NCBI GenBank assembly: GCA_937139515.1
Contig: CAKZQI010000298.1
Location: 1-39,855 of the forward strand
Direction of reading: 5' to 3'
Length of the DNA: 39,855 nucleotides
Origin: an uncultured Armatimonadetes bacterium
GTDB lineage: Bacteria; Armatimonadota; Fimbriimonadia; Fimbriimonadales; GBS-DC
Shown here: piece after piece, positions 34,885 through 39,855 of the stretch
How positions within the stretch are numbered: position 1 is the stretch's first letter
How the letters are laid out: every line of letters begins with the position of its first letter
Made by a program: the position numbers and the translations under genes
Notes under the pieces: generated by a model
The model's input: the letters and a program-made list of their open reading frames with translations, nothing else
Told to the model about the DNA's origin: nothing
Databases searched by the model: none

Positions 34885-37707
34885 ATGCGCCTACAATCGC
34901 TGGAACTGGAGAACTTTCGGCAGTATGCCCATGCCCGAGTCCAATTAGATACGGGCATCACAGCGATTGTGGGCGCCAACGGAGCGGGCAAAAGCACGCT
35001 CGTAGAGGCTATTTTGTGGGCGCTGTACGGCGCGCGGGTCGTGCGTGAGGGGGCTAAAACGCTCCGTTTCCACTGGTCTCAAGGCGGCACGAAGGTTCAA
35101 GTCAAGTTGGAGTTCAGCTTGGGCAACCAATCCTATCGTGTAGAACGCACGCCCACCGATGCACTGTTGGCTCACCTTCAGGGAGCGAGTTGGGTCTCCA
35201 TCGCACGGGGCACCGCGCCCGTCAACCTCTCCATCCAGCAACTGTTGGGGATGGACGAACGCCAGTTCCAAACCAGCTTCTGCGCCCGACAGAAGGAACT
35301 GGAGTTTATGCGCTATCAACCCCAACGCCGACGCGAAGAAATCAGCAAAATGCTCGGCTACGAACGGGTGAGCAAGGCATACGACCTCATCACCAACGAT
35401 ACCCGCCAGCTGAACGCCCGCGTGGACGGCTTGAAACAAGGCATCGGAGACCCCCAAATCTTTGAACAGCAAATCGAGCAGACCGAACGCACAATAGAGA
35501 GCCTCCAAAAGGAAACGACCCAGCTGGAGCAACTTCTGAGCCAGCATAAGCAAGCACTGGAACAAGCCCGCGAGGAATGTGTCCAGCACGAGCAGAAACG
35601 CCAATCCTATCAAGAACTCACCAAGACCAAACAGGTGCTGGAGGCACGCCTGAGCGAAATCGAACGCCGATTGGAAGAGCAACGCAAAGAGTGGGACGAG
35701 GTACAACAAGCGAAAGAGCGACACAAAGCCATCAAAGACAATGTGGAGCGTTATTCCCACCTCGTCAAGGAGCTGCGCCAGTTAGACCAGCTCGCTCAAT
35801 CGGAACGGGAACGCACTCGGCTCACCACCCAAATCGATACCGCCCTCCAACAGGCAAATCAGGTGCAACAAAAACTCGACGCGCTCCAGCAGAAGCGGGA
35901 AGAGTACGAGGCGCTCCAGCCTGAGTTGAAGCGCGTGCAGTCTCTGGAGCGGGATTTAGCCGAGATTCGGAAAGCGGGTCAGCAGGCGGGTCGCCGTGCC
36001 CAGCTTGCTGAGCGGTATCAGCAACTGCTTCAGCGTATTCAAGAGCTGGATAGGGTAGCGGAACAACTCGCTCAAACCGAAACGCAGCTTACCCAACAGC
36101 GTCAAGACCTCAAAACGCATCAGCAGGTGATAGAAGCACAGAGCCAGCGGGTGCGCGAAGCACACGACGCATGGATGCACCAGCGTTCTGAGGCGCGGGC
36201 AGTGCTCCAATCGCTTCAGCGCGAGCACCACCAACAGAAGGAGCGCTACGACCAGCTTCAGGCGCTCGGTGCGGAGGGCACCTGCCCCACCTGTGGTCAG
36301 ACCCTCGGAGAGGGCTATCAGCAGGTGCTGGAGGAGCTGAACGCCGCGCTGAGAAACCTGCAAACACAAATCCAGCAAGCACGCCAGCAGGTAGAGGCGT
36401 TGGAAAAAGAGCCAGAGAGCCTCGTTGCCCTACGCAAGGAACTGGAACGGTTTCAGGAAGAGGGCAACCAACTGCGCACGCGTGAAGCCCAACTTGCCCA
36501 ACAGGTTAGCCAGCTTAAAACCCAACTGAGCCAGCGTTCGGATCTCCAAAAACAAGCCGAGCAGACCCAACGCGAGATAGCCTCCATCCCCGAATACGAC
36601 CCCGAACAGGAGCGCAAACTGCAAGCCCAACGGGACAGCTTAGAACCTATCGTTCAGCAAGCGCGCACGCTGGAGATAGAACTGCGTGAGGCGCCGAAAC
36701 TGGAGAGTGAACTGAAGCAAATCCAAGCCCAAATCGCCCGACTCCAACGCCAGCTAAACGAGCTCCCTCAAGGCTACGACCCCGTCCTGCACAAGCAGAC
36801 CCGCCAAGAGGTGGAGGCGCTTACCCCGTTTTATGAAGAGTACAACCAGCTGGTGCCCATCCTGAAAAAGAAGGATAGCCTGTGCGCTCAAATCAAAGCG
36901 ACACGCGCCGAACAAGAGGAGCAAAAACGCCAGCTGGAACAGACCGAGGAACAAATCGCCCAGCTCGGCTACGACGAGCCAGCCTACCTGCGGGCACTTC
37001 AAGCTTATCAAGTCGCAGAACAGCAGTACAAGCAGACCGAGCAACGCTACACCGACCTGAAATCCCAAATAGAGGCGCAGAGTCGGCTTCTCCAAACGCT
37101 TCAGGAAAATCTTAATCAGATTCGTGCACGCCAGCAGGAACTTCAGGAGGCGCAGAAGGCGCTGAACCTGCACCAGGTGACGCGTCAAGCCCTGCAGGAT
37201 TTCCGTTCGGAACTCAACACCCGCCTTCAGCCTCTGCTCTCCAGCTATGCTACCGAGTTTCTCACTGCGCTCACCAACGGGCGCTACACCGAGTTGGAAC
37301 TCAACGAGGATTTTGAGTTCTTCATCAAGGATGAGGGCATCCGCAAGGAAGTGATTTCGGGCGGTGAGGAAGATATTGTCAACCTGAGCATGCGCCTTGC
37401 GCTGGCGCGACTCATCACCGAGCGCGCGGGGCAACCGCTGTCGCTCCTCATCTTAGACGAGGTGTTCGGCTCATTGGATACGGACCGTCGCCGAAGCGTG
37501 ATGAACCTGCTCAATAGCCTGCGCGACTGGTTTGAGCAGATTTTGGTCATCTCGCATATTGAGGAAATCAACGATTCGGCAGACCGATGTTTGTATGTGG
37601 TGCGCGATGAGCGCACGCGTGCCAGCACGGTGATGGAACGGCTCGCTGCCGATGCTGAGGGCCTTATGGAGCAGCTGCTCGCTGAGGACCCCAGCGAGGC
37701 AGTCTAA
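34885..37707 (+). CDS. sbcC: SbcC/Rad50-like SMC ATPase
   Basis: L.NFRQY, Walker A GANGAGKST, long coiled coil with zinc hook CPTCG, ISGGE signature, LILDE.FGSLD, ISH. Confidence 0.92.
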   Translation: MRLQSLELENFRQYAHARVQLDTGITAIVGANGAGKSTLVEAILWALYGARVVREGAKTLRFHWSQGGTKVQVKLEFSLGNQSYRVERTPTDALLAHLQGASWVSIARGTAPVNLSIQQLLGMDERQFQTSFCARQKELEFMRYQPQRRREEISKMLGYERVSKAYDLITNDTRQLNARVDGLKQGIGDPQIFEQQIEQTERTIESLQKETTQLEQLLSQHKQALEQAREECVQHEQKRQSYQELTKTKQVLEARLSEIERRLEEQRKEWDEVQQAKERHKAIKDNVERYSHLVKELRQLDQLAQSERERTRLTTQIDTALQQANQVQQKLDALQQKREEYEALQPELKRVQSLERDLAEIRKAGQQAGRRAQLAERYQQLLQRIQELDRVAEQLAQTETQLTQQRQDLKTHQQVIEAQSQRVREAHDAWMHQRSEARAVLQSLQREHHQQKERYDQLQALGAEGTCPTCGQTLGEGYQQVLEELNAALRNLQTQIQQARQQVEALEKEPESLVALRKELERFQEEGNQLRTREAQLAQQVSQLKTQLSQRSDLQKQAEQTQREIASIPEYDPEQERKLQAQRDSLEPIVQQARTLEIELREAPKLESELKQIQAQIARLQRQLNELPQGYDPVLHKQTRQEVEALTPFYEEYNQLVPILKKKDSLCAQIKATRAEQEEQKRQLEQTEEQIAQLGYDEPAYLRALQAYQVAEQQYKQTEQRYTDLKSQIEAQSRLLQTLQENLNQIRARQQELQEAQKALNLHQVTRQALQDFRSELNTRLQPLLSSYATEFLTALTNGRYTELELNEDFEFFIKDEGIRKEVISGGEEDIVNLSMRLALARLITERAGQPLSLLILDEVFGSLDTDRRRSVMNLLNSLRDWFEQILVISHIEEINDSADRCLYVVRDERTRASTVMERLAADAEGLMEQLLAEDPSEAV

Positions 37708-37724
37708 GCACAAGCGCCTCCCCT

Positions 37725-39008
<1,284 letters not shown>

Positions 39009-39146
39009 TTATACCGCCCCTACGCAACTTACTCCCGTAAGAAGGAGTCTAACCAAGCGCAGGAGGATCGATGTGAAGATTGACGAGCACCTGTGGAATA
39101 TACCCTATGCGGGCGGCAAAAACTCAAGGAACGAGGTGGCAAAACA

Positions 39147-39407
39147 ATGAGCCAAAGGGATTGGCAAACGCGCAGTAAGCCCGTTCGGCTAACGAAGCGC
39201 GAGATTGAGGTGCTGAGCCTGATTGCACAGGGACGCTCGTCACAGGAAGTGGCGGACACGCTCTTCGTGAGCAAACGCACGGTGGACTTCCATTTAGCCA
39301 ACATCTACGAGAAGCTCAATGTGAACAATCGGGTGAAAGCCTTCCGACGCGCAGCACAGATGGGGCTGATACCGGTCGAAGCCTTCTTCGGCGAAGTCGC
39401 AGACTAA
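39147..39407 (+). CDS. Stand-alone LuxR/GerE-type HTH transcriptional regulator
   Basis: LTKREIEVLSLIAQG.S..EVA..LFVS.RTV.FHL.NIY.KL.V.NR with no receiver domain. RBS GAGGTGG before ATG 39147. Confidence 0.9.
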   Translation: MSQRDWQTRSKPVRLTKREIEVLSLIAQGRSSQEVADTLFVSKRTVDFHLANIYEKLNVNNRVKAFRRAAQMGLIPVEAFFGEVAD

Positions 39408-39415
39408 GGCTCAGG

Positions 39416-39445
39416 GGGGCAGGGGTCATCCTGCCCCTTCTCCTG
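39416..39445 (+). terminator. Hairpin after the LuxR gene
   Basis: GGGGCAGG-GGTCAT-CCTGCCCC followed by a pyrimidine run. Confidence 0.5.
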
Positions 39446-39475
39446 CTTCTGTTCCCTTCCTGAGATGTTCTCCTA

Positions 39476-39855
39476 GCTGACAACTTTGTTAAGTTCAAGT
39501 TTCAGAAACACCTGCCTACTTTCAGAAGCACTGACCAGAGAGGTTCGGCTCAACGCCAAAACCCCATCCTGTCACCCTGAGCGTCAGCGAAGGGTCTCTG
39601 CTTTGGATGCCACAGAGATTCTTCGCTGCGCTCAGAATGACAGAAAGGGGGTGTCAGAATGACAGCCCCCACCCTGTCACCCTTAGCGTCGGTGAAGGGC
39701 CTGGGGTAATCCTTCAACCTCACCCCCCTGTGTCCCCCCTCTCCGCAAGCAGAGAGGGGGGAAGTACACTGCTACTAAGCCCCCTCTCCGTTTACGGAGA
39801 GGGGGTCGGGGGTGAGGTCAATCAGGTTGCACCGAGATTCTTCGCTGCGCTCAGA
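39476..39855 (+). repeat. Family A repeat, copy 3 (runs off the window), interrupted by a family C palindrome
   Basis: Head ACTTTGTTAAGTTCAAG after TA. Core TGTCACCCTGAGCGTCAGCGAAGGGTCT...GAGATTCTTCGCTGCGCTCAGAATGACA, which resumes at about 39834. Confidence 0.7.
39717..39818. repeat. Family C composite palindrome (ACCTCACCCC...CCCCTCTCC..GGAGAGGGG..GGGGTGAGGT)
   Basis: Outer inverted repeat ACCTCACCCC / GGGGTGAGGT enclosing two CCCCTCTC(C)/(G)GAGAGGGG hairpins. A split remnant lies at 19275-19300 and 19664-19687. Confidence 0.75.

Overview
GC-rich bacterial chromosomal window. The gene style suggests Armatimonadota, but that is inference only. It is mostly housekeeping and envelope genes: rarA, phhA, panB, anmK, flhB, HIT, aspartate aminotransferase, pgk, ridA, mutS, trxB, sbcC, obgE, glycosyltransferases and an ECF sigma/anti-sigma operon. 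The most unusual gene (13615-14355, minus strand) fuses an IS200/IS605-type TnpA (Y1/HUH) domain that has lost its catalytic residues to a sigma70 region-4 domain. It has no IS ends and overlaps the HIT gene, so it looks like a domesticated transposase. Other notable items: (1) three nested families of hairpin-rich non-autonomous repeats, two with recognisable terminal inverted repeats (TIRs) and target duplications (9 bp and TA); (2) a recurring -10 box 6-9 nt before start codons, suggesting leaderless mRNAs; (3) a structured, switch-like leader before anmK; (4) an aldehyde-dehydrogenase homologue without its catalytic Cys; (5) a ThaI-like restriction-modification pair with a frameshifted endonuclease; (6) an orphan flhB with a sigma28-like promoter and an NPVT motif in place of NPTH; (7) a decayed MFS pseudogene. 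No rRNA, tRNA or CRISPR array was seen.
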